Made by a program: the position numbers and the translations under genes
Shown: positions 50,401 to 63,800 of the stretch, piece by piece
Position numbering within the stretch: the first letter of the stretch is position 1
How the letters are laid out: each line of letters begins with the position of its first letter
The notes under the pieces: model-generated
Databases searched by the model: none
What the model saw: only the letters and a program-made list of their open reading frames with translations
Told to the model about the DNA's origin: nothing
NCBI RefSeq assembly: GCF_003918875.1
Contig: NW_025767145.1
Span: forward strand, 372,001-436,000
Length of the DNA stretch: 64,000 bases
Direction: 5' to 3'
From: Haliotis rubra
Taxonomy: Eukaryota

Positions 50401-53400
50401 ATACAGCAGCAGTGGAACATACAGCACCAGAACATACACCAGTGGAACATACACCAGTGGAACATACAGCACCAGGAACATACACCAGTGGAACATACAC
50501 CACAGAACATACACCACCAGAACATACATACAGCAGTGGAACATACAGCACCAACATACATGGAACATACAGCAGTGGAACATACAGCACCAGAACATAC
50601 ACATATACACCAGTGGAACATACACCACCAGAACATACACCACCAGAACATACACCACCAGGAACATACAGCACCAGAACATACAGCACCAGAACAGAAC
50701 ACCACCAGAACATACAGCACCAGAACATACACCACCAGAACATACAGCACCAGAACATACAGCAGTGGAACATACAGCACCAGAACATACAGCAGTGGAA
50801 CATACACCACCAGAACATACAGCACCAGAACATACACCACCAGAACATACAGCACCACCACCAGAACATACAGCAGTGGAACATACAGAACATACACCAC
50901 CAGAACATACAGCACCAGAACATACACCACCAGAACATACAGCACCAGAACATACAGCAGTGGAACATACACCAGAACATGGAACATACAGCACCAGAAC
51001 ATACACCACCAGAACATACAGCACACCAGAACATACAGCACCAGAACATACAGCACCAGAACATACAGCACCAGAAACATACAGCACCAGAACATACAGC
51101 ACCAGAACATACACCAGTGGAACATACAGCACCAGAACATACACCAGTGGAACATACAGCACCAGAACATACACCAACATACAGCACCAGAACATACACC
51201 AGTGGAACATACAGCACCAGAACATACACCACCAGAACATACAGCACCAGAACATACAGCACCAGAACATACAGCACCAGAACACCAGAACATACAGCAC
51301 CAGAACATACAGCACCAGAACATACAGCACCATACAGCACCAGAACATACACCAGTGGAACAGCACCAGAACATACAGCACCAGAACATACACATACACC
51401 AGTGGAACATACAGAACACACCAGAACATACACCACCAGAACATACAGCACATACAGCACCAGAACATACAGCACCAGAACATACAGCAGCACCAGAATA
51501 CACATACACCACCAGAACATACACCACCAGAACATACAGCACCAGAACATACAGCACCAGAACATACAGAACATACCCAGTGGAACATACACCAGTGGAA
51601 CCAGCACCAGAACATACACCAGAAACATACAGAACACCAGAACATACAGCACCAGAACATACAGCACCAGAACATACACAGCACCAGAACATACAGCACC
51701 AGAACATACACCACCAGAACATACAGCACCAGAACATACAGCACCAGAACATACACCACCAGAACATACACCACCAGAACATACAGCACCAGAACCAGGA
51801 ACATACAGAACATACAGCACCAGAACATACAGAACCAGAACATACACCAACATGAACATACACCACCAGAACATACACCAACATACAGCACCGATGAACA
51901 TACAGCACCAGAACATACACACTAGAACATACAGCAGAACATACACCACCAGAACATACACCAACCAGAACATACACCACCAGAACATACACCAGAACAT
52001 ACACCACCGAACATACAGCACCAGAACATACACCACCAGAACATACACCAGTGGAACATACAGCACCAGACCACATACATACACCAGTGGAACATACAGC
52101 ACCAGAACATACAGCACCAGAACATACACCAGTGGAACATACAGCACCAGAACATACACCACCAGAACATACACCAGTGGAACATACACCAGAACATACA
52201 CCACCAGAACATACAGGAACATACACCACCAGAACATACAGAACATACACCAGTGGAACATACAGCCCAGAACATACACCACCACATACAGCAGTGGAAC
52301 ATACACCACCAACAACATACAGCAGTGGACACCAGTGGAACATACACCACCAGAACATACACCAGTGGAACATACAGCACCAGAACATACACCCAGAACA
52401 TACACCACCAGAACATACAGCAACATACACCAGAACATACACCAGTGGAACATACAACATACACCACCAGAACATACACCACCAGAACATACACCAGTGG
52501 AACATACACCAGTGGAACATACACCACCAGAACATACAGGAACATACACCAGTGGAACATACACCACCAGAACCACCAGAACATACAGCACCAGAACATA
52601 CACAGCACCAGAACATACACAGCACCAGAACATACATACAGCACCAGAACATACACCAGTGGACATACACACCAGTGGAACATACACCAGTGGAACATAC
52701 ACCACCAGTGAACATACAGCACCAGAACATACAGCACCAGAACATACACTCACCAGAACCAGAACGACCAGCAGGAACATACACCAGTGAACATACAGCA
52801 CCAGATGATACAGCAGCGAACATTAAAGAGAACATACAACGGAACATAGACCACTAGTACATACAGCAGCAGAACATACATACACCACCAGGTCATACAC
52901 CTGCAGAACATACACCAGCGGAACATTCATCACCGGAACATACCAGATTGTCTTTCAGGGCCTGGCAATCATCCCCGAAAGCCAGAGCAGCTGAAGCTTT
53001 ACAGAAGTCTGCGAGACCAGAGATGGGCAAGTATTCCTTGTCCTGTTTGGCTGCAAGCATCTGCTGCTCTGCCTGAAAACAATCATTACAAACAATGAAT
53101 ACAATTAACACAAGAAGAACGAAATATTTATAACATATTTACTACTATTTATATTTTTGTCAGATAAAAGATGACTGAAATGACTGGTGTCTGTATAATC
53201 ACCCAATGTAGGCTGTCAACATAATTGAAGACATTGGGTACAATGTTTGATGACATATTGCGTTAACAAGAGTTTGAAAAGTGGTCAAAGTGGCATGGTG
53301 ACCTTGAAAATGAGGTCAAGGTCACCAAAATCGACTGGTGTCTCTATAATCGCCAAATGTAGGCTGTCACCAAATTTGAAAACATTGGGTACAACAGTTC

Positions 53401-56400
53401 ATGAGATATCGCACAACAAGGGTTTAAAAAGTGGTCAAAGTGGTGTGGTGACCTTGAAGATAAGGTCAAGGTCACCAATATCGACAGTTGTCTGCGTAAT
53501 CCCCAAGTGTAGGCTGTCACCAAATTTGAAAACATTGGGTACAACAGTCCATGAGATTTCGCGTTAACAAGTTTTAAAAGTGTGACCTTGAAAAATAAGG
53601 TCAAGGTGACCAAAATACACTGGTGTCTGCGTAATCCCCCTAATGTAGGCTGTCACTAAATTTGAAGACATTGAGTACAACTGTTCATGAGATATTGTAT
53701 TAACAAGAGTTTGAAAAGTGTGAACTTGAAAAATAAGGTCAAGGTCACCAAAATACACTGGTGTCTGCGTAATCCCCTAATGTAGGCTGCCACTAGATTT
53801 GAAGACATTGAGTACAACTGTTCATGAGATATTGTGGTAACAAGAGTTGGAAAAGTGGTCAAAGTGTCGTGGTGACCTTAAAAAAAAGGTCAAGGTCACC
53901 CAAATCGACTGGTGTCTGCGTAATCCCCCAATGTAGGCTGTCACCAAATTTGAAGACATTGGGTACAACAATTCATGAGACATCGCGTTAACAAGAATTG
54001 GGACGTACGGACAGACGCTGCTGAATACATAGTCCCCCCCGTTCCGCGTTGCGGCGGGGGACAACAAGCAATATTTTGTTACATATGTCAATGTTATTCT
54101 GTATGTATTGGTGAGCTTACATGTACACACAAAACATTCATTTACATGAAGACAGTAAAGTTGTCATTTAAGGGAAACACAATGATGTACACCATTTCAG
54201 TTTTAACTTCTAAGATAGACCTGTAAAAAATGTACAAGGGGTTTCCAGAAGAATAGAATCTCATGAATTTAAGAACTTTAACTCTAATAAAATACCTCAA
54301 GGTGGACATCTGACAATGTCAACAAAGAAAGACTTTGACCATCCATTCTAATCGAAAGAAAATTGTGCTACTGATGTCAGCCATCATTTCTGCATTCAGA
54401 AATCCCCAGTTAGGTTCATTTTCATTTTGAAGTTTTGAAAATTAGATAAGAGATAGACTTTAGAAGCCAAAACGGTGTCTGTCTGATTAGAAAATCCATC
54501 TCATGCAGGATCAATGATAATCTTCTCACCTTAGTAACTGATGGCAACACGAAAGGTTTGCCGTTGTCGTCTCTGTATGCACCCACACCAAGGTTCATCT
54601 TCTTGGGGTTCGTGTCCCGCTTGAAAGCCTCGGTAACTCCAAGAATAGCATCTGGGGGTCCCATTTCAACATTGGACCACCAAGAGCTGCAAGACAGTGA
54701 CTAGTGTTTAACATGTACATAGCTTTCACAATATCAGGACCCATGAAGATCTGGCTAAGAATTGGTCTTCAGTAACCCATGTTTGTCATAGAATGCAACT
54801 AACGGGATCGGGTGGTCAGGCTCGCAGAGTGGTTGACACATGTCATCGTATCCCACTTGTGTAGATTGATGCACATGCTGTTGATCATTGGTAGCTGGTA
54901 GGCAAGGGATGACACTGCTACTAAGGTGCGTACATCAGACCGTATTACCCAAGGGAGAAGTTTACAAGGTATTTATCTTACTGCCATGTTAAATGTACAA
55001 AATATCATTTTATTTTATTTTGAAGATCGATAAGCTCGCTACCGACTATAGGACACGTAAACAAAATGGCGTCTGCCTCTCGACTGGATTTTTAATCATG
55101 TTAATATCAGTGAAACATTCTGAAAAGCTAAAAACTGCTATAAAAGTAGTTAATTATGTTTAAGTTTAGTGTTTAAATGGTGCAATGCAGAAAATAGTTT
55201 AAATAAAGCAGTGAAAGTCGGTAAAATAAATCTGTACAAAGTGAACTTAAAAACAGCTAATCGAACGGTTTTCGAACTCTGTGATTCACATGAGTTATAT
55301 TATAACATCATACAATTGTTAGCGATACTGCTTCTCAGCAGAGAGTTTGGTGGTGACACGGAAACTTGTTAAAGCGTCTTTGACAATTGAAATTAAAGTA
55401 TTTTACATGAAGGTAAGACAAGTATAAATACCTGTCATTACAAGGTAAGGGAGGTAACCCAAGTAACCAATATTACTAGCACCAGAAAACTTTCAGAAGC
55501 ATTTTGTGTGTAAAATGATTTAACTTTAAAGTGAAAATGAATGAATGTTGCTCTACACTGCACCAGCACAATTTTCCAGCTATTCACTGTGAGTTTAAAG
55601 TGAAAAAAGAAAAGTGTTTTATGGTCACCTCTAATGTTATTTCTTGCATTAAAACTCTTCACATTTTAGAACTAACTTTGAATACAGCAGCAGGTGCAAT
55701 GGGTTGCTCAAGACCAATTCTAACCCGGATCTTCAAGGGTCAAATTCATAACAAAAAGCACCTTGTTTTTCCTACAGTTTATATTATGATCAATTGTTCT
55801 TACACTGACAATGGGTTATTTGATTCTTGAAAAGCTCTGCTACCCATTTGCCTATCTTTATGTCGTAATGGTCATGTTTGAAAGGTGAGGTGAGGTGAAA
55901 TTGGGTTTTAACGTCATGCTTCAGAATATTTCGCTCATATGACGACGTGCATACATGTGTATGTGTATGTGCGGCTGCTTGTACTAGCCCAGACTGAAGC
56001 TGGTTTTATAGTGCTAGCGCACTGAGATACATGTACCATGCCGCAGTGAAGCATGAATACCCCACTCAGACACATTATACTGACTCCGAGCCGACCAGTC
56101 CTTGTTGTACCTATTAATGCCGAGCGCCAGGCAGGGACCAACAAGTACAATATTTTAACGTCTTTTGGTATGGCGCGGTCGGGGATCGAACCTGCGACCT
56201 TCCGCTCTCTGGGCTGACGCTCTAACCACTACACCACGGAGGCGGTCATGCTTGAAAGGTTTAACTGACAGTGTATATAGTCTTTGGAACTCGTGCAATA
56301 CCACCACTTACTCAGTCAAAAGAGCTTCAGTCACAATGATCACCATTCAGGCTTGCATTTTACCCATATGTTCAGTTCACAATATAAACAGCATTCGATT

Positions 56401-56808
56401 TGATTCGCTGAAGTTTTTGACGTTTCAGTCTGTGTGTGATGGCAGCAAACATGTTTTGTATCTAAAAGCTGAGTGATGTTGCTTGAATCGATAATAATAC
56501 AACGCATTACTCCTTTAGACATAAGATAACAAATTATTATCAACAAAGTTTGACACGACTTCAAGGACAATCTTGGATACTAGAAGATTACGAAGGTGAA
56601 CTTGCGAGAGCATGGTCTTGATGCATGATCACGTACACTATTAGGTAATTTTGAATTAGATACTGATTGATATCCCATATAGATATATGTTTGCGATAGC
56701 ATATGCAAAACTGCAATCATACCTTGAACGTGCCAGTGTAGCAGCAGCCCCGGCATGTTTGCCGATGATGTTAGAGACGGTACGACAACGAAGCGCTTGC
56801 AATGCCAT
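40303..56808 (-). CDS. GOT2: Aspartate aminotransferase, mitochondrial (429 aa, 11 exons)
   Basis: Exons 56808-56723, 54686-54530, 53072-52944, 49859-49800, 48720-48647, 47900-47813, 46632-46564, 45115-44929, 44006-43841, 41189-41039, 40425-40303; phases consistent, total 1290 nt. Transit peptide [44 protein letters not shown]-lysine motif [21 protein letters not shown]. Confidence 0.97.
42848..43392. mobile_element. MITE with ~60-bp TIRs and 9-bp TSD GGTTACAGG (MULE-like)
   Basis: CATTCTCTTCCCACAGAGGTTAC...GTAACCTCTGTGGGAAGAGAATG; TSD at 42839-42847 and 43393-43401. Confidence 0.85.
45163..45827. mobile_element. pogo/Tigger-type MITE (TA TSD) with nested SINE
   Basis: ta|CAGTCGTGCCCCGTTTATCCG...CGGATAAATGGGGCATGACTG|ta. 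Confidence 0.8.
49449..49720. mobile_element. Palindromic MITE (PIF/Harbinger-like ends GGCCCCGATTTCTCGAAACAAACTTAA)
   Basis: Ends are inverted repeats. Confidence 0.75.
49980..52943. repeat. ~3-kb 15-bp minisatellite (ACCAGAACATACAGC and variants) filling GOT2 intron 3
   Basis: Read directly; source of all the long low-complexity ORFs at 49945-52857. Confidence 0.97.
53110..54065 (+). mobile_element. Non-autonomous Helentron/HINE-like element carrying a ~120-126-bp tandem array
   Basis: About 6-7 repeats of GGTCAAGGTCACCAAAAT...GTAGGCTGTCACCAAATTTGAA..., followed by GGACAGACG and the terminal hairpin GTCCCCCC...GGGGGAC, as in molluscan satellite-bearing HINEs. Confidence 0.65.
55937..56247 (-). 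mobile_element. tRNA-derived SINE family C (representative; also near 18873, 34352, 35700)
   Basis: tRNA-like head GACCGCCTCCGTGGTGTAGTGGTTAGAGCGTC...GGTTCGATCCCC, then conserved GGTCCCTGCCTGGCGCTCGGCATTAAT. Confidence 0.85.
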
Positions 56809-57818
56809 TTTCGGAGTTCAAGGTCAAGGAAGGTTTTAAGCTCATCACAGCGATAACTATCCGCAGAGCTTACAATCAAAGGGAGGCTACTCTTATACAT
56901 CGAACTCTGAGGGTACCCGCTAAACAATATGTTTCGCGGATTAGGGTGTTAGGAGTTTTTATTCAATATAACGCAATTACATAGAATCTAGTCTATAACT
57001 ATGTTTCACCTCTGAACTTATTCAACATTAAACAGAAGAATTAAAGTATAAGTTAGCCGTGTATTTATTCTACTACATTTTTATGGAAATAATGGGCCTG
57101 TTAAACATGTGTTGGAAATGCTGTCCAATACTTATTTAGTGATCGATAGTCTTCAATCTCTGCTTCTATGTTATAATAAGAAACAAACACGTACAGAAGT
57201 AGGGTTGTACAACATATGAAAACTGTCAAGCTCTAATAATATGCTGCCAAATATGAGATCTTCATATTTGTAAGGCCATCCAAGCCAACAAAATTCGCTT
57301 TGCACTAGTGAAAAGTATTGTCGTGGGTTCCAATCCAGCGTCTCCCAATTTGTGGTGGTGTTTTTTATTTGTGTCGTTAACTTTGTAATGATCGAGGCCA
57401 TAGGCAGAGACAAATGCAAGAAACATTTTTTTAATGGTGTCGCTGGGGCTCCCGATTTGTCAATAACTCGTCTTTGTATATACACGATACTTTCCTCTTT
57501 TCCATTTTGAACAGGACACATGCGTTTTACTTTCATATTTCCTGTTTCTTGGGTAGCAGTGGTTAAAGCGTTTCGTCACGCCGAAGAGGGTTCGACACAT
57601 GCGTTTTACCCCTGCCGTGATGTTCATTGCTAAAAGCGGCGTAAAACCAAACTTCCTGTGTTGCGGTATGCGAATGACTTGTTAGTATGAGTTATCTCCC
57701 GTTAACCAATATGTCAGCTTCCATGATTCTCAATGTGACATTTCGTACATGGACATGATTCGGTGAAACCAGTGTCTGGCAACCGTAACGAGCTTTATGT
57801 TCTTATAACATAGCAGAT
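56809..57818. promoter_or_regulatory. Candidate bidirectional promoter between GOT2 and RARS2
   Basis: Divergent ATGs about 1.0 kb apart; TSSs cannot be seen from sequence. Confidence 0.6.
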
Positions 57819-60800
57819 ATGGCCGCGTACTATCGGAACTATGTCATTAAAAAGGTAAATGAGCTGTTTTCCAATCTACCAAAGCTACAACGGGTGGATA
57901 ATGATTCATTGTACCGACCCATTCGATCCCAGCAAAGGACTGACTGACTGAGTTTGGTTTTACGCCACTTTTAGCAATATTCCAGCAATATCACGGCGGG
58001 GTACACCAGAAATGGGCTTCACACATTGTACCTATGTGGGGATTCGAACCCAGGTCTTCGGCGTGACGAGCCAACGCTTTAACCACTAGGCTACCCCACC
58101 GCCCTCCCAGCAAAGGACATGCCGGTCTGATTCAGTAATATAGCTCATAACGTGTCATCATAAGCTGACAACGAATCCAGTCTTTATTATGTAATATATG
58201 CTGTTAACTGTGGCATAAAACAACACTATTCCACCAACTCTGTCTACCCCGAGGCATATAGGTTTGTACACTTTCAAAGACAAACTTTCAGATAGAGGAC
58301 CTTGTCCAGGTGAAGCATGAAACACAATAATTTGATGTGGAGGCAGATGCAGGAAATGTCTTCGGTCAGGTGAAAAAACTAAGTTCAGAAGGGATTCAAA
58401 CGTCCAAAAAGCCACTTATTAATGAAATAATACGGGTTATTTTAGGCATTATAATTATGGTCAGAAGAGTGTCTCATTTGTTGATCATGTTGTGATATCA
58501 GATTGCCCAGACCCTCAACAACAAAGGTGCCGGACAAGCTGACCTGCTGAGAGATGCCCGTCAAATCATCAAGCTGTCTCATGCTACCAAGAAATATCGG
58601 TACCTAGTCTGCATGGTTTGAGAGAGCTTATATAAAATGTTGAAATATATATGATCATCCTCACAGTTGACAAGGTGTGACAACAATTGACACAAGGCAG
58701 CCTCACAGCCATGTACTACGATTAAGATAATCCTTATAATCTTCTGTTTAGTATTAAAGGTTGTCATCTTAAGCCTTTTTTATACCTTTGAAAACCACCT
58801 TCTAAGATACGTATTTTGAAATATATATATACAACAGTTCATCCCTAGCTGCAGGTATACTGTTCTTGCTTTCTATGTTGTGAAGGTGTACAGTAGTGAT
58901 CCCAAGCTGCAGGTGCACTGATCTTACTTTCCCATGTCATGCAGGTGTACTGATCTTACTATGTTATACAGGAGTAGTGATCCCCAGCTGCAGGTGTAAT
59001 GATCCTACTGTGTTGTACATGTGGTCGAATTTTACTGTGTTGTGCAGGCGTAGTGATCCCCAGCTGCAGGTGTCAGTCAGGGCAGGTGACAGTGGAAGTC
59101 AGCTGGATGCAGAGAGCATTAAAGCAGAACTACATAGGGTGAGTCAAATCGTGCTGTAATAGAGAATTTAATGTAGGGATTAAAGGAAAATGACAGTGTT
59201 GTTGTTGTATTAGGTCTTCATGACATAATAACTTTTTAAGGTAATTTCTGGAGCATATTTTTTATCAAACAATTATGAAATTAAAGAAACCTTGCCAAAG
59301 AAAATATCTTTAATACGTTTATACTGAGGTTTGCCCTAGTTTTCATCCATGTTTTGATTACAGGATGCACACACAGACATTGAAGCCGTGACGGCAGACA
59401 GGAGAAACTTGTACATCAAAGTCAAGAATCATAAGTTTAACCAGGTAAACAGCATCAGAGAGAGAATGTATTAGTCACTGGTCACAGTATAGTCATTTTG
59501 TTTTCTGCAACAGACTTTACATTAGTCTTTTACTTTTAGCTTGGTTTACAGATCAAGGGGCCATAAGAATGGAAAAATTTGAAAAATATATATAAGAATT
59601 TCGACTATTTCCATTTGCATATTTAAGTTTGAATTGGTTTTGTGGCTCCGTGTGCACACATGAAAGCCCAGTGGAGATCTGGTGATGCTGTCACTTTTAG
59701 CAATACAGTCTCTTTGATGGGTAAAGATACATTGTCATAATCCTCGATGTGGCAATTATAGTGGCATATACAGTCAGGCCGCGTTAGTTCCAACCCCGAT
59801 AATCCGATTCCCGCGATATCAGAACTGTAGCTAGCTGTAACAAATCATGTTTACTATGTAAACTCATTAACTGTTGATTCATTGATCACTCACCGGATCC
59901 GGACATTAATTAGCAGTAACGGATTACACTAATTACACTTAGTTTTGCTTCATTAATCCGGCGGTACATGAAAAAAGTTCGGATAATCCCCTTACCTCGT
60001 GAGCACCATTGATTAGCGCTGATCTTCATCGGTAAACTTCAATGGTAATTGGTAAGTGAGGTGACACTTCTGAGTTGAACAGGGGCGGTGGGGTAGCCTA
60101 GTGGTTAAAGCGTTGTCTCGTCATGCCGAAGACCCGGGTTCGAATCCCCACATGGGTACAATGTGTGAAGCCCATTTCTGGTGTCCCCCACCGTGATGTT
60201 GCTGGAATATTGCTAAAAGCGGCGTAAAACCAAAACTCAGTCAGTCAGTCTGAGTTGAATATGTTGTTAGTTTGTGATTTAAATCAATTAATAGGTCTCA
60301 ATTGGCACCATCAAAATTAAGCCGTTTGTCATCGCCAAATCCAGACGTCCCAGATGTTTTGGAATAGGATTTAACCCAGAAATTTATGTTCACTATCGGT
60401 TAAAAAACAAAGAGTGGATGACATCAGACATGTTTTGTGATTGGCTGAGATCTTTTGACAGACAGATGCGATCATGTGGTCGACACGACACATGATCTTA
60501 CTTTGTGACAACCCTGCCTGTCACAGGTATGCCAATGTCAAATTGACCAACATGAAAGTTCATTTCCCCTACTGTCAACCAAATGAGAGCTTATATAGAC
60601 TCAATGATAAACTATTTCGAGCGTGTTGGAGATGTTGTTATATTAATATCGGAGTTGTTATGTATACAAACTGTAATACATCATTTGATACATGTATACA
60701 TTCTTATGTTCTTGTCTCGGTAAGTCAAAGGGAAGTAACTCTACTGTAGTGGTGCATAATGGTTAGTTTCAGTAGTCCATATGTTTCACTACCCAAACGT

Positions 60801-63800
60801 TTTTGATGAAAAACGGAAGTGTTCGGATTAACGCGGCCTGACTGTACATATAATTATTGTGGCATATAATTGTTAGGCCGGGCTGTTCTGATTTCAGATT
60901 TAATTTTTCTCACTCTTTTTCAAGGCCAATTAAATGTCTGGTCATGTGATATGTAAATTATATTGTAGCATTAATACTAAGTCATCACTGCTGCAGAGTA
61001 TGATGTATTCACTAACATACCACCACATAGAAATCATATCTATTCCACCTCCGAATCATATCAAAACACTCCTACAGACAGCATCTTTACGAGATAATCT
61101 TGACCTGGGTATCAAAGACTTGCTGGCCAATGTTTCAGCACATCCTCAGGACAATTCAGCATCAGAAAGAGCTGTTTGGTTACAAACCTGATGATGGTCA
61201 CAGCTCAATCTCAGGACAGCATGTGGTTGTTGAGTACAGGTGAGTCTCGTTGAAGAACTCAGATCATCACACATTGAAGTGTTTCTTTCAGTAGCTTTTG
61301 TGTATTTTGCCTTTCGTTTTACATACTGGAATCCACTATTGTTTTAAAAGTTTTTAGCAACTGCAGAGGACATTAAATCTTTGCGATTCCCCACATGGGT
61401 ACAATGTGTGAAGCCCATTTCTGATGTCCCCCGCTGTGATATTGCTTGAATATTGATAAAATCTTTGAGATCTCGCCATTTGATAATTATGAAAGTTGGG
61501 TAGCCCAGTAGTTTAAGTGTTTGCTCTTTGTTCATGACTGTCCTGGGTTTGATTCTCCACATTTGCTGTGAGTAAAGCAAATTCTTGTACTCTACTGTAT
61601 GACTATTGCTCTTCTATTTTGGTGGTCAAGTGTTGTGTATTTTCAGTTCACCCAACATAGCAAAGCCGTTCCACACAGGACATCTGAGGTCCACCATTAT
61701 AGGAAACTTTGTCTCCAACCTGTTTGAAGCTGTAGGTCACAAGGTCACACGCCTCAACTACCTCGGGGACTGGGGAACTCAGTTTGGTAACTATGGCAAC
61801 CAATCATATGTCCTTGAATGGTAATCTAAGGAATGATAACTGTCAAATGTCCACAAGTAGGATACAAATGCCTAAAAAACAATAAGTAAGGTACCATTAT
61901 TAAGTCATGGCTGGGGGAGGTGAAGATGATTTTAAGGGAGCTGTCACCAATTTTGTTCTGGTGAGGTAGGGGGGTCATCTAGTTGGTACACATAAACTAG
62001 TGGGGGTCAGCAATTTTGTACATAAAAATATTTTAAAAGTATGTTTAAAAATTACAGGAAGGGTGTGGAGGGTCATTCATTTTGTACATGACATGCGGGG
62101 TGGGGGTTGTTCTCTTACTTTGAACATAAATTGGGGGACATTCATTGTACATTCTTCTCTATAAAAATCATCATTATCATAAAGATAAGGTACATTTGAT
62201 TAATTTATAAAATGAACAATTTGTGAAGTTTCTGATGTTGACTAAATTATTTATACAAATTGATTGTCACTTATTTTTGCTGTTATGGATGTTGGTGTTC
62301 TGGTTTTTATGTTTTATACACCAATAAAGCAAATACTCCTCAAAACATATCTGTTGATTTCTTCTGACAGGCCTATTGTTGACTGGTTACCATAGATACG
62401 GAGATACGCACAAGTTGTCGGTTGACCCCTTGCTTCATTTGTTTGAGGTGAGAGTTTGTGTTCGGCACATACAATGTTAGACCCGTTAAGATCCGGGGTA
62501 GAATAGGTCTTCGGCAACCCATGCTTGTCACAGAAGGCGACTATGCTTATCGTAAGAGGCGACTAACGGGATCGGGTGGTCAGGCTCGCTGACTTGGTTG
62601 ACAGATGTCATCGGTTCCCAATTGCTCAGATCGATGTTCTTGATGTTGATCACTCGATTGTCTGGTCCAGACTCGATTATTTACAGACCGCCACCATATA
62701 GCTCGAATATTGCTGAGTGCGGCGTAAAACTAAACTCACTCACTCACATACAATGTTAATGCTGTTGCTGAAACACCAGTGACAGTCATTTACAAAGAGG
62801 GTGATGTAATTGTTTTATAAGGGATGGCACACAGCTGTTATTGAAGGGGTCGTTGTCAGCACAGGTACTACAGATGTGTACCCCAGGTACGTTTCTGTAT
62901 ACAGAAATGTACCCTAGCCAAAATCATAATACAGAAACGTACCCTAGGACGATTCCATTCCTCAGTGTGTCGTTTTCTTGATGGTAACTGTCATACTGTT
63001 GTATTAGATTAGATATGTTTGCGTTATATAAGAAATGAGCATGCACAGTAACGAATATTTCATGCTGCACAAGACCCCTCTCAAACAATTGAACCGGAGC
63101 TACTAAATGCAGTATTTTGGGGGGGTGTTGCGGAATATGGGCTCGTCCGCTATGTAGGGTACCGGGTACGTTTCTGTATTTTGAGTTTGTTTAGGGTACA
63201 TTTCTGTATACCTGGGGTACATATCTGTAGTACCAGTGCTGACAATGAACCTTTCAGCACAACTGTTGACGGGATCATATCCAGGTGAAAGAGGCCTATG
63301 ATGTTAGAAATGGTCTTCAGCAACCCATGCTCGTCATAATAGGCTTCTAATAGGATGAGGCTTGCTGATTTGGTTGATGCCTGTCATTGTATCCCTATTT
63401 CATAGATCGATGTTTAGCCTGTTAATCCCTCTGATGTCTGGTCCAGATTCAATTATTTATAGACCGCCGCCATAGTAAAAAAGTAATAGTAATAGTCCGC
63501 TTATATGGGGCTCATATTCAGGCACATTGCCTGCTCACAGTGCTACGTACATTACTATCCCCGGTCATACGACACAATCATACTTTCCGATATTCTTTCA
63601 ACTCCCTGGGGAGCATACAGCCATGCTGCCTGTTAGGCACAATGAACTAAACACTCACATTGCCAGCACATCCTCACGGGTACCCATTTTACAGCTGGGT
63701 GAACTGAGACAATGTGGATCTAAGAATCTTGTCCAAGGATACTACGCAAATGTGTCCACCTCGGGACCCAAACCTAGGTGCCTCCACCGGGCATCAAACC

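Noticed and set aside
49945-52857. 600-900 aa ORFs in all six frames
   Set aside because: Translation of a stop-free 15-bp minisatellite inside GOT2 intron 3.
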